Under the pieces are notes generated by a model. The model was not told where the DNA came from and did no database searches. It saw nothing but the letters and a program-made list of their open reading frames with translations. Below, piece after piece: positions 35,221-44,264 of a DNA stretch of 64,000 bases. How positions within the stretch are numbered: the stretch's first letter is position 1; each line of letters begins with the position of its first letter. Where the stretch lies: positions 1-64,000 of the IMG/VR virus record IMGVR_UViG_3300045256_000050. One strand, given 5' to 3'. A program made the position numbers and the translations under genes.

Positions 35221-36048
35221 ATGCTTCGTGAAACCTTCAAAGCCAACCGCAAGTGGATTCTCTTCACCTACACGGTAATGCTCGCCGAGTTCGCCCTGTT
35301 CGCCATGATGCCCTGGCTGTTGGGGATGGCGGTGGACGGGCTGCTCGAAAAGAACCACAACAACTTCTACCTGTACGGCGGGTTGAGCGTGGTGGGCCTC
35401 GTGGTCGGCATCCTACGCCGCCAGATGGACACCCGAGTGTTCATGGGGATTTGGAAGAGGCAGGCCGTCGAAACGATTGACGGGATGCAGAAGCGGGAGG
35501 TAGAGGGGGCGAGAATTATTAGCCGCTACCGGCTGGTGGGCACATTCGCAGACTTCTTCGAGACGACCGTCCCGACTGCCGTTGGGGCGGTCGTTGACAT
35601 TGGTGTGGCCTTCTTCATGCTGTTCGCCGCCCTGGAGTGGGGCGGGCTGGTGCCCTTCCTGACGGCCCTGGTGGCGATGGTGGTGTACTATCTCGTAGCG
35701 AAGCGTATTCTGGTTATCGACCGGACCCTGCAAAAACTTAAGGAAAAAACCGATGAAAAAATCCTTGAATCCGGGGAGAGCGTGGAGCCGGAGTTCGATG
35801 GGATGCGGAAGGAGTGGGTCCGTCGGAGCGATATGGAGGCACTGTCCTGGGGGTTGAACGATCTCTTCTGGGTGGTCTGTGAAGTGTTCACGGTGTACTG
35901 GTTGCTGGACGGCGGGGAGAGCGTGGGCACGGTGATGGCGGCGATTGTGTATGTGGACCGCCTGTTCAGCCGGACGAGCATGCTGGCCGGGTACTTCAAC
36001 CACCAGCAGGAGATCAAGATGGTCAAGGAAGTGCTGGAAGAGGACTAA
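35221..36048 (+). CDS. ABC transporter six-TM membrane domain protein (no ATPase domain)
   Basis: 'PWLLGMAVDGLL...RRQMDTRVF' ABC_membrane_3-like pattern. Confidence 0.75.
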   Translation: MLRETFKANRKWILFTYTVMLAEFALFAMMPWLLGMAVDGLLEKNHNNFYLYGGLSVVGLVVGILRRQMDTRVFMGIWKRQAVETIDGMQKREVEGARIISRYRLVGTFADFFETTVPTAVGAVVDIGVAFFMLFAALEWGGLVPFLTALVAMVVYYLVAKRILVIDRTLQKLKEKTDEKILESGESVEPEFDGMRKEWVRRSDMEALSWGLNDLFWVVCEVFTVYWLLDGGESVGTVMAAIVYVDRLFSRTSMLAGYFNHQQEIKMVKEVLEED

Positions 36049-36057
36049 TATAACAGG

Positions 36058-37032
36058 ATGGAGCGGTTTGCGAACAATCTCAGAACTACCGTCAATCAGA
36101 TCGGCGGCATCAACAATAGCTCGAACCCGGTGACTTTCACCGTGGCCGATGCTACCGGGTTCCCGTCGTCCGGCAACTTCCGAATCATCATCGACAGCGA
36201 GATCATGCTGGTGACTTCCGTCTCCGGCAACAACTTCACCGCCACCCGTGCCCAGGAGGGGACGGTGATCGCCAAGCACGACCACACCGCCCCGGTCTAC
36301 CACCTGTTCACTGCGGGGGCGTTGACGGCGGCTTGCTCGGATACCGTCCAGAGCGGGCAGTACGCCCAACTCCCGGCCAGCCCCGAGCGGGGGCGACTGT
36401 ACGTCCCGAACAACGACCAGGACTGGCAGGTGGGTCAGGCGTCGGGGTGGATGCCGGTCGGGCCGATGATTAAGATGACGTACCCGGACAACAGCCTGTA
36501 CTCCTGGGTGAACCAGGGCAGTACGACGATCACGCAGAACGGGCACCACATCATCATGACCGGGGATAACCACACGTTCGGCACCCGGTACGCCCGGATG
36601 AAGACGGCCCTGACGCCGCCGTTCCGGTACACGCTGATCTTCACCGCCAACGTCGAGAACATCTTCACCCGGAACTCGGCCTGTGGGATTATCCAGCGGG
36701 AGTCCAGTACCGGGAAGTGTATTACCATCGAGCAGTCCTACGGGGTGAACTTCCTGCGGTTCGGCGTGTTGTATTTCAACACCGTCACGAGCTTTAACAG
36801 CATGCTCTACGGGTGGACGGATTACCCGCACCCGAAGTTCATGCGGTTCCTCCAGGTTCACGACGACGGGACGAACGTGAACTACAACCTGTCCTACGAC
36901 GGCATCTTCTACGAAACCATCTACAGCCGGGGGCGGACGACCCTGATTACGGCCGACCAGATCGGCTTTGAACTCGGGGAAACGGTGGACGGCCTGAACA
37001 AGATGATCGTCTGGAGTATCGAAGAGGGCTAA
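36058..37032 (+). CDS. Tail fibre/receptor-binding-like protein, paralog 1
   Basis: N-terminal 'FPSSGNFRIIIDSEIMLVTSVSGNNFTATRAQEGT' virion-attachment-like module. Confidence 0.75.
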   Translation: MERFANNLRTTVNQIGGINNSSNPVTFTVADATGFPSSGNFRIIIDSEIMLVTSVSGNNFTATRAQEGTVIAKHDHTAPVYHLFTAGALTAACSDTVQSGQYAQLPASPERGRLYVPNNDQDWQVGQASGWMPVGPMIKMTYPDNSLYSWVNQGSTTITQNGHHIIMTGDNHTFGTRYARMKTALTPPFRYTLIFTANVENIFTRNSACGIIQRESSTGKCITIEQSYGVNFLRFGVLYFNTVTSFNSMLYGWTDYPHPKFMRFLQVHDDGTNVNYNLSYDGIFYETIYSRGRTTLITADQIGFELGETVDGLNKMIVWSIEEG

Positions 37033-37997
37033 TGGAAAGATTCACTAATAATGCGTTCACGACCCTGGCCGGTGCCATCGACGAGAGTACGACCCCCGTC
37101 ACCTTCGCCGTCGCCAGTGCGTCCGCATTTCCCACGGCAGGCAACTTCCGCATTGTGGTTGATAGTGAAATCCTCCTGGTGACTTCCGTCTCGGGGAACA
37201 ACTTCACTGCGACGAGGGGTGCGGAAGGCAGCCCGATCCAGGCCCATGCGGTCGGGGCCGGGGTGCGGCACGTCTTCACTGCGGGGGTGTTGACACAAGT
37301 CCTCGCCGACAACATCACCACCGGGCCGTATGCGAGTCTGCCGTCCTCTGCGGGGCGAGCGGGCCGGATGTACGTTCCGACCGACGAATATGTGGTTATG
37401 GTGAGCGACGGGTCGAACTGGCTTCGGTACGGCCCCATCTATCCGGTGACACGGCCGAACTTCTCCGGGGCGACTCAGGTTAACTTCTCGGGCACGACGT
37501 ACAGCCAGACGGCGTTCGGTGCCCAGATTGTCCAGGTGGGCGGGGCTGGAGGTACGAGGCGTGGGGTGTTCAAGAGTACGATCACCGCCCCGTACAAGAT
37601 CACCATGATTTACAGTCAGACGGGTTCGCTGCCGGGGGATACCCGGACGGCGGGTTTGGCTATCCGGGATTCGGCGACCGGGAAGTTGGTCACGTTCGAG
37701 ATAGCGATGGCGTTCGGGGCTTGCGGCGTTCACCAGTGGAACTCGCCCACGTCGTTCAACAACTCACCGCTGGGCTGGGGTTCGATTGAGTACACGGCGG
37801 GGTGGATCAAGTTCCTCCAGATTCACGACGACGGGACGAACCACAGGTTCAACTTCTCGGCGGACGGTATTTATTGGGACACGCTTTACACCCAGAGCAA
37901 GACGGCGTGGCTGGCAACCCCCGACCAGTACGGGTTCATTGTGGGCGAGGGGTCGGCGACGACGAACGTCCTGAGCTTTAAGGAGGAGAGTGCGTAA
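37032..37997 (+). CDS. Tail fibre/receptor-binding-like protein, paralog 2
   Basis: Same N-terminal module and HDDG(T/A)N C-terminal motif. Confidence 0.75.
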   Translation: MERFTNNAFTTLAGAIDESTTPVTFAVASASAFPTAGNFRIVVDSEILLVTSVSGNNFTATRGAEGSPIQAHAVGAGVRHVFTAGVLTQVLADNITTGPYASLPSSAGRAGRMYVPTDEYVVMVSDGSNWLRYGPIYPVTRPNFSGATQVNFSGTTYSQTAFGAQIVQVGGAGGTRRGVFKSTITAPYKITMIYSQTGSLPGDTRTAGLAIRDSATGKLVTFEIAMAFGACGVHQWNSPTSFNNSPLGWGSIEYTAGWIKFLQIHDDGTNHRFNFSADGIYWDTLYTQSKTAWLATPDQYGFIVGEGSATTNVLSFKEESA

Positions 37998-38971
37998 TGG
38001 CCGTTGAAGTGTTTGGTAACAACGCAGTCTCGTACCTGACGGCTGCCCTGGATAGCTCGACCGACCCGGCACCGATCTCCGTTCACAACGGTTCGGTGTT
38101 CCCGAGGAGTGGGAACTTTCGCATCCAGATCGACAGTGAAATCCTCCTGGTGACATCCGTCTCCGGGAACACGTTCACCGCCAGCCGTGCCCAGGAGGGG
38201 ACGCAGATCGTCGCTCACGAGAACGGATCGACCGTCAAGCACATCTTCACGGCCGGAGGATTGAATAAGGCGTTGGACGAGTCCGTTGTCGTCAGCAGCT
38301 ACTCTGCCTTGCCGTCTGCCGGGAGGGCGGGACGGGTTGCCTTCACTAGCGACGACCGGGTGATGTTGTTCAGTGACGGGTCGAACTGGTTGCCTTATGG
38401 CCCGTTCACCCGGTTCTACCCGCCGGTGCTGTCGGACTTAACCTGGGTCAACCAGGGGGCGTCGAGAACGGCTACCCAGCTTGGCACGGTGTTCAACATA
38501 AACAGCACGTTGCCGAACGGCAGTTCGAACCGAGGGGGTTTGGTGAAGACGGCCCTCACGCCCCCGTTCAAGCTGACGATCTGCTACACCATTAACAAGC
38601 GGGTGATGGCCGAGAGCTTCTTTTCGGGCGGGATCATGGAGTACGAGTCGTCGTCCGGGAAGTTCATCACCTGGGAGCAGGGCACGTTCAACTTCATCAA
38701 CATCGGGGTTCACACCTGGAACAACGGCACTTCGTTCGCCGGGACGATCTACGGGTGGGCACCCTACGACGAGCCGACGTACCTGCGGTTCATGCAGATT
38801 CACGACGACGGGGCGAACGTGAACTACAACTTCAGCTACGACGGGATCGGCTGGTACACGCAGTACAGCCGTGCCCGGACGAGCTTCATCAACGCCGACA
38901 AGTACGGGGTGATGCTGTCCGAGGGGCAGGGGAGCGTCACCGTCTTCAGTTTCAAGGAAGAGTCGGCCTAA
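37997..38971 (+). CDS. Tail fibre/receptor-binding-like protein, paralog 3
   Basis: Same architecture; shares the SFKEESA end with paralog 2. Confidence 0.75.
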   Translation: MAVEVFGNNAVSYLTAALDSSTDPAPISVHNGSVFPRSGNFRIQIDSEILLVTSVSGNTFTASRAQEGTQIVAHENGSTVKHIFTAGGLNKALDESVVVSSYSALPSAGRAGRVAFTSDDRVMLFSDGSNWLPYGPFTRFYPPVLSDLTWVNQGASRTATQLGTVFNINSTLPNGSSNRGGLVKTALTPPFKLTICYTINKRVMAESFFSGGIMEYESSSGKFITWEQGTFNFINIGVHTWNNGTSFAGTIYGWAPYDEPTYLRFMQIHDDGANVNYNFSYDGIGWYTQYSRARTSFINADKYGVMLSEGQGSVTVFSFKEESA

Positions 38972-39061
38972 GCGTTAGTAAATGAATTACTAAATCCCCC
39001 TGGCGGAAGCGGGGCGAAAACGCTATTCTATTTCTGAACCCTTTCGAAAGGAAAACACCAC

Positions 39062-39406
39062 ATGGCGAAACAATCCAAGATTCTGTTGCCCGAAGGCGTA
39101 GAAGATAAGGTCGAAGATCAGGAACAGACCCAGGACGAGGAGAACGTCAAGGAAGTCGAGATCAACTACCCGGCCACCGAGCGGGACGAAGAGTGTTTCT
39201 TCCTCATGTACCACATGGGCATGGCCCCGTCCGAAGCCTATGCCCTGAAGGACGATCACCGCCGCTGGCTGATGGCCCGGTTCATCGGGCAGAAGCAGAT
39301 GGAGCGGGAGATGGTGGAGCGGAACCGCCTCGCACAAGCGGTCATGGCTAACCCGCAAGGGCCACCGGCCGGTATGGGCATACCCAATCTCAGGGTGCAA
39401 CGGTAA
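39062..39406 (+). CDS. Hypothetical protein (possible tail assembly chaperone-like)
   Basis: AAGGA RBS; 'FFLMYHMG...EAYAL....RRW' pattern. Confidence 0.7.
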   Translation: MAKQSKILLPEGVEDKVEDQEQTQDEENVKEVEINYPATERDEECFFLMYHMGMAPSEAYALKDDHRRWLMARFIGQKQMEREMVERNRLAQAVMANPQGPPAGMGIPNLRVQR

Positions 39407-40043
39407 TGTAGGTCTTCGGGAGGATTTCGGTCGCCCGTAGAAGAACCTTCATGTAGTCCGAGGACTTGCCGAACATCGAGTCCACCCGGTAGTCCTCGCC
39501 CGAGCAGTTCCCGTCGTGGCCCCAGGCCAGCAGGAAGTGTTCGTTATCCACGTTGTAGTATTGGCCGTCGGCCGGGTCCGAGAAGATCATCTGCTTCTCG
39601 GTGTAGCCGATGGCGACCATGTAGTGCCAAGTTTTCTTCCCGGACCGGACGAGTACGATCACCGGCCGGTCCTGGGATACCTCGTATTTCAACTCGTCGA
39701 AGTTGTCGTTCTTTAACGTGGCCCGGATGCCGTGCTGCTTCAGCACCCGGACGATGTAGTCCGGGGCGGTCATGCCCACTTCGTCGCCGCCGGTGCCGAA
39801 CCAGTGGGTCTTGGTCATCTGCTTGACCTGCTCGATGGTCACGTCCTGCCCGTAGTGGCGTAACACCATCGCCGTGCTGGTCGGGCCGCAGGTGATGCTG
39901 TCGGGCTGTTGTGCGGTCGGGAAGTTCGGGATGGCGTGGGCGGGCGGGTAGTCGAAGTGTTCCGGTATAGAACCGACGATTACAGCCATGACGAACAGCA
40001 CGGCCCCGAACAGGCCGAGCCATTTCTTTTTGATGGTAATCAT
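39390..40043 (-). CDS. C39-family cysteine peptidase with an N-terminal membrane anchor
   Basis: QQPDSITCGPTS catalytic Cys, WHYMV His, DPA; GAGGAG RBS before ATG 40043. Confidence 0.85.
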   Translation of the reverse strand: MITIKKKWLGLFGAVLFVMAVIVGSIPEHFDYPPAHAIPNFPTAQQPDSITCGPTSTAMVLRHYGQDVTIEQVKQMTKTHWFGTGGDEVGMTAPDYIVRVLKQHGIRATLKNDNFDELKYEVSQDRPVIVLVRSGKKTWHYMVAIGYTEKQMIFSDPADGQYYNVDNEHFLLAWGHDGNCSGEDYRVDSMFGKSSDYMKVLLRATEILPKTYITVAP

Positions 40044-40102
40044 GTTCTCCTCCTCATGAAGAACGTTTTCTGTAGTTATTCTTATTTTCCTCCTTTCCGG
40101 TG

Positions 40103-40130
40103 TTGACATTCTGTAAGAAGCGGCTATACT
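40103..40130 (+). promoter_or_regulatory. Sigma70-type promoter driving the ncRNA locus
   Basis: TTGACA-N16-TATACT. Confidence 0.7.
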
Positions 40131-40137
40131 GAGGGGC

Positions 40138-40291
40138 AGAGTGCAAGCTAAAGGTGAATCTCAAGCTAACCTGCTTGGCAATCAGTGTTGGTTCGAATCC
40201 AACTCCCGCTACTTCGCCCAAACGAGTACATAGCGGGATACCCCAATGGCAGAGGGTAAGCCGGGCTATCTCAGCCACAGACTATCACTCT
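40138..40291 (+). ncRNA. Circularly permuted tRNA-like RNA 1 (Y-RNA/YrlA-like)
   Basis: T-arm GTTGG-TTCGAAT-CCAAC, then a loop-closed acceptor-like stem TCCCGCTA/TAGCGGGA, then a D-arm containing TGG; ends pair (AGAGTG/CACTCT). Confidence 0.65.
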
Positions 40292-40314
40292 AAGCTAAAA
40301 GATTGGCAGGTGTT

Positions 40315-40468
40315 CCCTTAATCGAGTGCCAGTGTTTACAACCCTGAGATGCGTGTTCGAATCACGCCTCCCTCGCTCTCGCCCAAACTACTTACGAGGG
40401 AGTGGTCATAATGGAAATGGTACAGGGTAGATAGATTGAATAACTGGCTTAAACGGATACAGTAAGGG
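40315..40468 (+). ncRNA. Circularly permuted tRNA-like RNA 2 (Y-RNA/YrlA-like)
   Basis: T-arm GCGTG-TTCGAAT-CACGC, stem CTCCCTCG/CGAGGGAG, D-arm, ACCCTG/CAGGGT, outer stems GCCAGT/ACTGGC and CCCTTA/TAAGGG. Confidence 0.7.
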
Positions 40469-40518
40469 GACTCGCAGTAATTGTACCATGCCGTTTTCAC
40501 TACTAATGAAAATTCTCG

Positions 40519-40556
40519 GGCCAGGGGGCGGGCTATGCCTCCTGGCCTCTTTTTTT
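40519..40556 (+). terminator. Rho-independent terminator
   Basis: GGCCAGGGGGC...GCCTCCTGGCC plus a T-tract. Confidence 0.8.
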
Positions 40557-40566
40557 GAAAGCACTT

Positions 40567-40890
40567 ATGTTCGCTGAAGAAGAACTGCTCGCCACCAAGA
40601 AGCCCGCCGTGTACTGCCCGGACGGGAAGAACCAATACTTCACTTGGTTCAGGATGTACGACAACCACCCGCCGGGGTTCAGGCCGAACCTGCTGCCGGT
40701 GGAAGTGTTCGATTTGATTCGTGAACAGGAAGAACTGGATGCGACGGATGCGGAGGGGAATCCTCCCTACGCCATCGGGTTTGATACCGAGGAAGAGGCG
40801 TGGGAGGCGGCAATCACGGCCGTGCTGACCATTGCGGAGCGGAACGATCAGCGTCGTTCAGGAGATACCTCTTCCGCTTCGGCCACTTGA
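40567..40890 (+). CDS. Hypothetical protein
   Basis: Acidic ORF, ATG at 40567. Confidence 0.65.
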   Translation: MFAEEELLATKKPAVYCPDGKNQYFTWFRMYDNHPPGFRPNLLPVEVFDLIREQEELDATDAEGNPPYAIGFDTEEEAWEAAITAVLTIAERNDQRRSGDTSSASAT

Positions 40891-41314
40891 TCTTGAACGA
40901 CTTCCAGTGAATGTACTCGATCCGCTCCGGGTTCCACTCGTCGTCGAGCAGCGTAAGTACGATACTTTCTTCGTGGGCCAACAGGCCCATCGCACAGTAT
41001 TCCGGCACCAGGACGGAGTTGTTCGTGTCCAGGTCAACCGTGTAGGTGTTATTAAACGTGTCCGAGTCGTCCCGGAGATCGACGACGGCCAGGAACACCC
41101 CGCCCCGGACGACGTGGACGAGCCGCTGGCTGTTGAGCCGGTGCAGCCCCTTCACCGTGCCGCTGCCCAGGTAATCGACCGTCACCCCGACGGGGAACAT
41201 GTGTTCCATTACGGAACTGCGGTAGAGTTCGAAGGAACCGCTGTGCTGTTGTTCGACGTACTCGTGTTCGATGTAAAGCAAGTTTGCGATCTGATCGACT
41301 TCTTCCTTTTTCAT
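40814..41314 (-). CDS. dTDP-4-dehydrorhamnose 3,5-epimerase-like cupin (divergent RmlC)
   Basis: 'GTVKGLH...VVRGGVFLAVVDLRDDSDTF...VLVPEYCAMG...IKWP'. Confidence 0.75.
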   Translation of the reverse strand: MKKEEVDQIANLLYIEHEYVEQQHSGSFELYRSSVMEHMFPVGVTVDYLGSGTVKGLHRLNSQRLVHVVRGGVFLAVVDLRDDSDTFNNTYTVDLDTNNSVLVPEYCAMGLLAHEESIVLTLLDDEWNPERIEYIHWKSFKIKWPKRKRYLLNDADRSAPQWSARP

Positions 41315-41351
41315 GGCTCCCTCCATAGATAGTATAAAGGAAAAAGTCAAT

Positions 41352-42434
41352 ATGTCCAAGTCATTTACTGATTATGTTTATCGGCGACTCCTCAGTGAAG
41401 TGGAGGACGTGGGTGCCGCTACGGAAGCCCCCGCTCCTGGCGAGGACACGGTGGCCGAGAAGAAGCAAAAGGTCAAGAACGTGCAGGCGGGGTTCGCCCA
41501 GGCACGGGAAGAACTCTCGAAGATGGTGGACGCCAAGTTCGCCGAACTCGAAGGCCAACTCCAGCGGTCGTTCGGCTCGCAGCAGAAGATCAACTCCGTG
41601 GACCGGGCGAAGATCGTTCAGGTGTTAGGTAAGATCGCCGACAAGATTAACAGTTGGGGCGACAGCGACCAGGACGTTCAGTACGCCGCCCCGGCAGCGG
41701 AACAAGTGCCGACCCGTGTCCCGCCGGTCGCCGCAGAAGGCATCCGGGCGGTCAACGGGTTGCTGATCGAGGCCGAGTTGTACGTCGAGGACAACCACGG
41801 CATGAAGATTCAGTCGGTGAAGTCGTACCTGCAAAAAGTGAAGGCCGAGATCATGCAGCAGGTGGACAACACGCTGCGGGCGTTGCAGAACGACGCCGTG
41901 ATGAAGATGATGAACGACATCCACAAGAGCGTGTCCACCGTCCAGGGCATCGTCAGCGGCCAGTCGCCGTTGAACGCCACGGAGAAGATCGACGCCTACC
42001 ACAACCTACAACAGTTGGGTAACACGATTGCGATGTCGGCCGCTCCGAAGCTGAAGTTCGGCGAGCGGCTGCCGAAGTCCACCAGCCCGGTGCAGATCAT
42101 CCTCGGCGGCGGGCACGTCCTGAACTTCAACCCGTCCGACCGTGACTCGATCCAGGCGGCGATGGGCAAGTTGCGTAACCCACGGGCCGTCAAGATCAAG
42201 GTCGGTGATCGGGTCGAGACGGTGGACATCTCGAACAAGCAGCAGATGGCCGACATCATTTCCGCCGCTCAGGAGGCGATGGAGATGGGCGGGCAACAAC
42301 TGGCGGCGGCGAACAAGGTGGCGGCTCAGCCGAACGACCCGCTGAAGGCGGCTCGCCAGCCACGGAAGAAGATGTTCCCGACTCCGGCAAAGCCGTCGAT
42401 GCCGGTCGCCCTCGGGCCGGGCGTTGGTGAGTAA
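41352..42434 (+). CDS. Helical protein with a capsid-targeting-like N-terminus
   Basis: AAGGA RBS; MSKSFTDYVYRRLLSE start; TAGATA upstream. Confidence 0.8.
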   Translation: MSKSFTDYVYRRLLSEVEDVGAATEAPAPGEDTVAEKKQKVKNVQAGFAQAREELSKMVDAKFAELEGQLQRSFGSQQKINSVDRAKIVQVLGKIADKINSWGDSDQDVQYAAPAAEQVPTRVPPVAAEGIRAVNGLLIEAELYVEDNHGMKIQSVKSYLQKVKAEIMQQVDNTLRALQNDAVMKMMNDIHKSVSTVQGIVSGQSPLNATEKIDAYHNLQQLGNTIAMSAAPKLKFGERLPKSTSPVQIILGGGHVLNFNPSDRDSIQAAMGKLRNPRAVKIKVGDRVETVDISNKQQMADIISAAQEAMEMGGQQLAAANKVAAQPNDPLKAARQPRKKMFPTPAKPSMPVALGPGVGE

Positions 42435-43093
42435 TGGTTTCCATCGTTTTCTTTAACTGGAAACGCCCGGAGAACCTGACGCAGATCATAGACACGCAGT
42501 CGGCTTACGGCTGCGTGTCTGAGTTTATAGTCTTCAACAATTCTCCCGTCCCCTTCTTCCACGACAAGGCTCAGGTCTTGAACTCCACCCACGACTTCGG
42601 CCTTAAGTGCAGGTGGGCACCGGCCTGTTTCGCCACGTCCCCCATCATCTTACTCCAAGACGACGACCTGATCCTGCCCGAGATGACCATACGGATTCTG
42701 GAGGCCATGACCGTGCGTGACCCGCACCGCATCCACGGGGTCTTCGGCCGACGGATCGGTGTCGGGTACGACCGGAGGAACGCTTACGGAGCGTGCGACA
42801 TCGTGCTGAACCGTGTGTCGATGTTCCATCGGTCGGCGTTGCCGGTTATTATTCAATGTGCCAACGACTACCGGGACGCCGGGTACGAGATACCGCACAA
42901 GAACGGCGAGGACATCTTCATGTCGTATGCCGTGCGGTCCTGGCACTGGAAGCGGCCGTTCGCTTACAGGCTGCCGGTGGTCGAGTTACCGGCTGGGCAC
43001 GCTCTGTCGGACCGGCCGACGCACTTCGAGGAGAGGGTTACTATTTGTAATCAGTGTAAGGCGTTTTTCGCCGGAAGACTTCCGGCGGCATAA
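42434..43093 (+). CDS. Glycosyltransferase, GT64/EXTL2-like GT-A fold
   Basis: VFNN, QDDD and NGEDIFMS motifs. Confidence 0.75.
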   Translation: MVSIVFFNWKRPENLTQIIDTQSAYGCVSEFIVFNNSPVPFFHDKAQVLNSTHDFGLKCRWAPACFATSPIILLQDDDLILPEMTIRILEAMTVRDPHRIHGVFGRRIGVGYDRRNAYGACDIVLNRVSMFHRSALPVIIQCANDYRDAGYEIPHKNGEDIFMSYAVRSWHWKRPFAYRLPVVELPAGHALSDRPTHFEERVTICNQCKAFFAGRLPAA

Positions 43094-43111
43094 ATAGAGG
43101 AGGAGGTACTT

Positions 43112-43423
43112 ATGTTGCACCTGTTTGGTTGGTTGATTTACGGCCTGATCGTGGGCTGGATTGCAAAGAAGCTTCACCCAGGTGAAGACCCGGTAGGGTT
43201 CCTACCGACCCTGGGCATCGGCGTGGCTGGCTCTTACGTCGGTGGGTTCTTGAACTGGATGCTCGGCTACGGCGGCAGCCCGATCTCGTCGTCGGGCCTC
43301 ATCATGGGTATCATCGGCGGCGTGATCTGCTGCGTGATCTACCGCCAAGTAAAGATTCAGCAGTTCGTTAAGATTCAGGGCCGTGCGCCCCGGATGTTTG
43401 TCCCGAAAAGTGAGCAGAAATAA
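43112..43423 (+). CDS. GlsB/YeaQ/YmgE (transglycosylase-associated) membrane protein
   Basis: 'WLIYGLIVGWIAK.L.PG...TLGIGVAGSYVGG' signature. Confidence 0.88.
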   Translation: MLHLFGWLIYGLIVGWIAKKLHPGEDPVGFLPTLGIGVAGSYVGGFLNWMLGYGGSPISSSGLIMGIIGGVICCVIYRQVKIQQFVKIQGRAPRMFVPKSEQK

Positions 43424-44048
43424 GGTCTAGCATCTGCTTGCCGATTTCCGAACCCTTCAGCCCCGTCAGGTAGTTCCTGTGCGACTGGTTGAAGGGTTCT
43501 TCTTTTACCATCATCTCGGCCAGCCGGGGTAGGAACCGCATCCCCGGATACTTCTTTTTGTACGCCTCGGCGATCTCCCGTGCGTAGGCCCGCATCTCGC
43601 CCGGATCGGACAGGTAGTCCACCGGGTCTTCGTGGCTCTGGCCGGGGAAGAAGATGTGTTCCACTTCATGCTCGACGGCACTGAGCAACTTCTTCACGCC
43701 CTCGTCCGGGTTTTTGTCCACAAGCCGGGCGTTGAACGTCATGCCGGAGAACTCGCCGTTGTTGTGTTGGGTGCTGGCGGTGACGTGCGGGTCGTTAATC
43801 TGGGCAAACTGCACCGGCTTCCCCATGATCCCGTGCCCGAGTTCTTTCGGAAACAGGAGGGTGTTGCCCCGCTGTGCGTCTTTCGGCCAGACGGCTTTGA
43901 GATAGACAATAAACGGACGGCGGGCTTGATCCCTCTTGAGTTGGGAGTAAGCCTGTCGTATCATGTTGCTTAAGAAGCTGGCGACCTGCCCCGAGAGGGA
44001 CTGGTAGTCCTCGTTCAGTTTGCGAGCCAAAAACCGGGTGAATGTCAT
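43368..44048 (-). CDS. HExxH zinc-metallopeptidase-like protein with a capsid-targeting-like N-terminus
   Basis: HEVEH and 'YLSDPGEMRAY'; MTFTRFLARKLNE start. Confidence 0.75.
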   Translation of the reverse strand: MTFTRFLARKLNEDYQSLSGQVASFLSNMIRQAYSQLKRDQARRPFIVYLKAVWPKDAQRGNTLLFPKELGHGIMGKPVQFAQINDPHVTASTQHNNGEFSGMTFNARLVDKNPDEGVKKLLSAVEHEVEHIFFPGQSHEDPVDYLSDPGEMRAYAREIAEAYKKKYPGMRFLPRLAEMMVKEEPFNQSHRNYLTGLKGSEIGKQMLDLISAHFSGQTSGAHGPES

Positions 44049-44264
44049 GAATCCTCAGATGTTCTACGTCGGCGATCTCGTAGAGTGGGATACGGTTGTC
44101 GGGCCGACCAGGGGTCACATCCAAGCCGTGAAAGACGGCATGTACATCATCCACTACGGTCCCTGGGACGACGTAACCTCGTGTCCCTGCCACACCCCTC
44201 AACTCCTACGATTGATATCTAGGGGAAAGTAACGGAGTTCTGTAACTCATAAACGGAGACTAGC

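Noticed and set aside
36058-38971. Diversity-generating retroelement or shufflon for the three paralogs
   Set aside because: No reverse transcriptase, no template/variable repeat pair differing at adenines, and no invertase or inverted repeats seen.
44020-44232. Small ORF head-to-head with the 43368-44048 gene
   Set aside because: Start codons overlap with no room for promoters and there is no recognisable motif; left uncalled.
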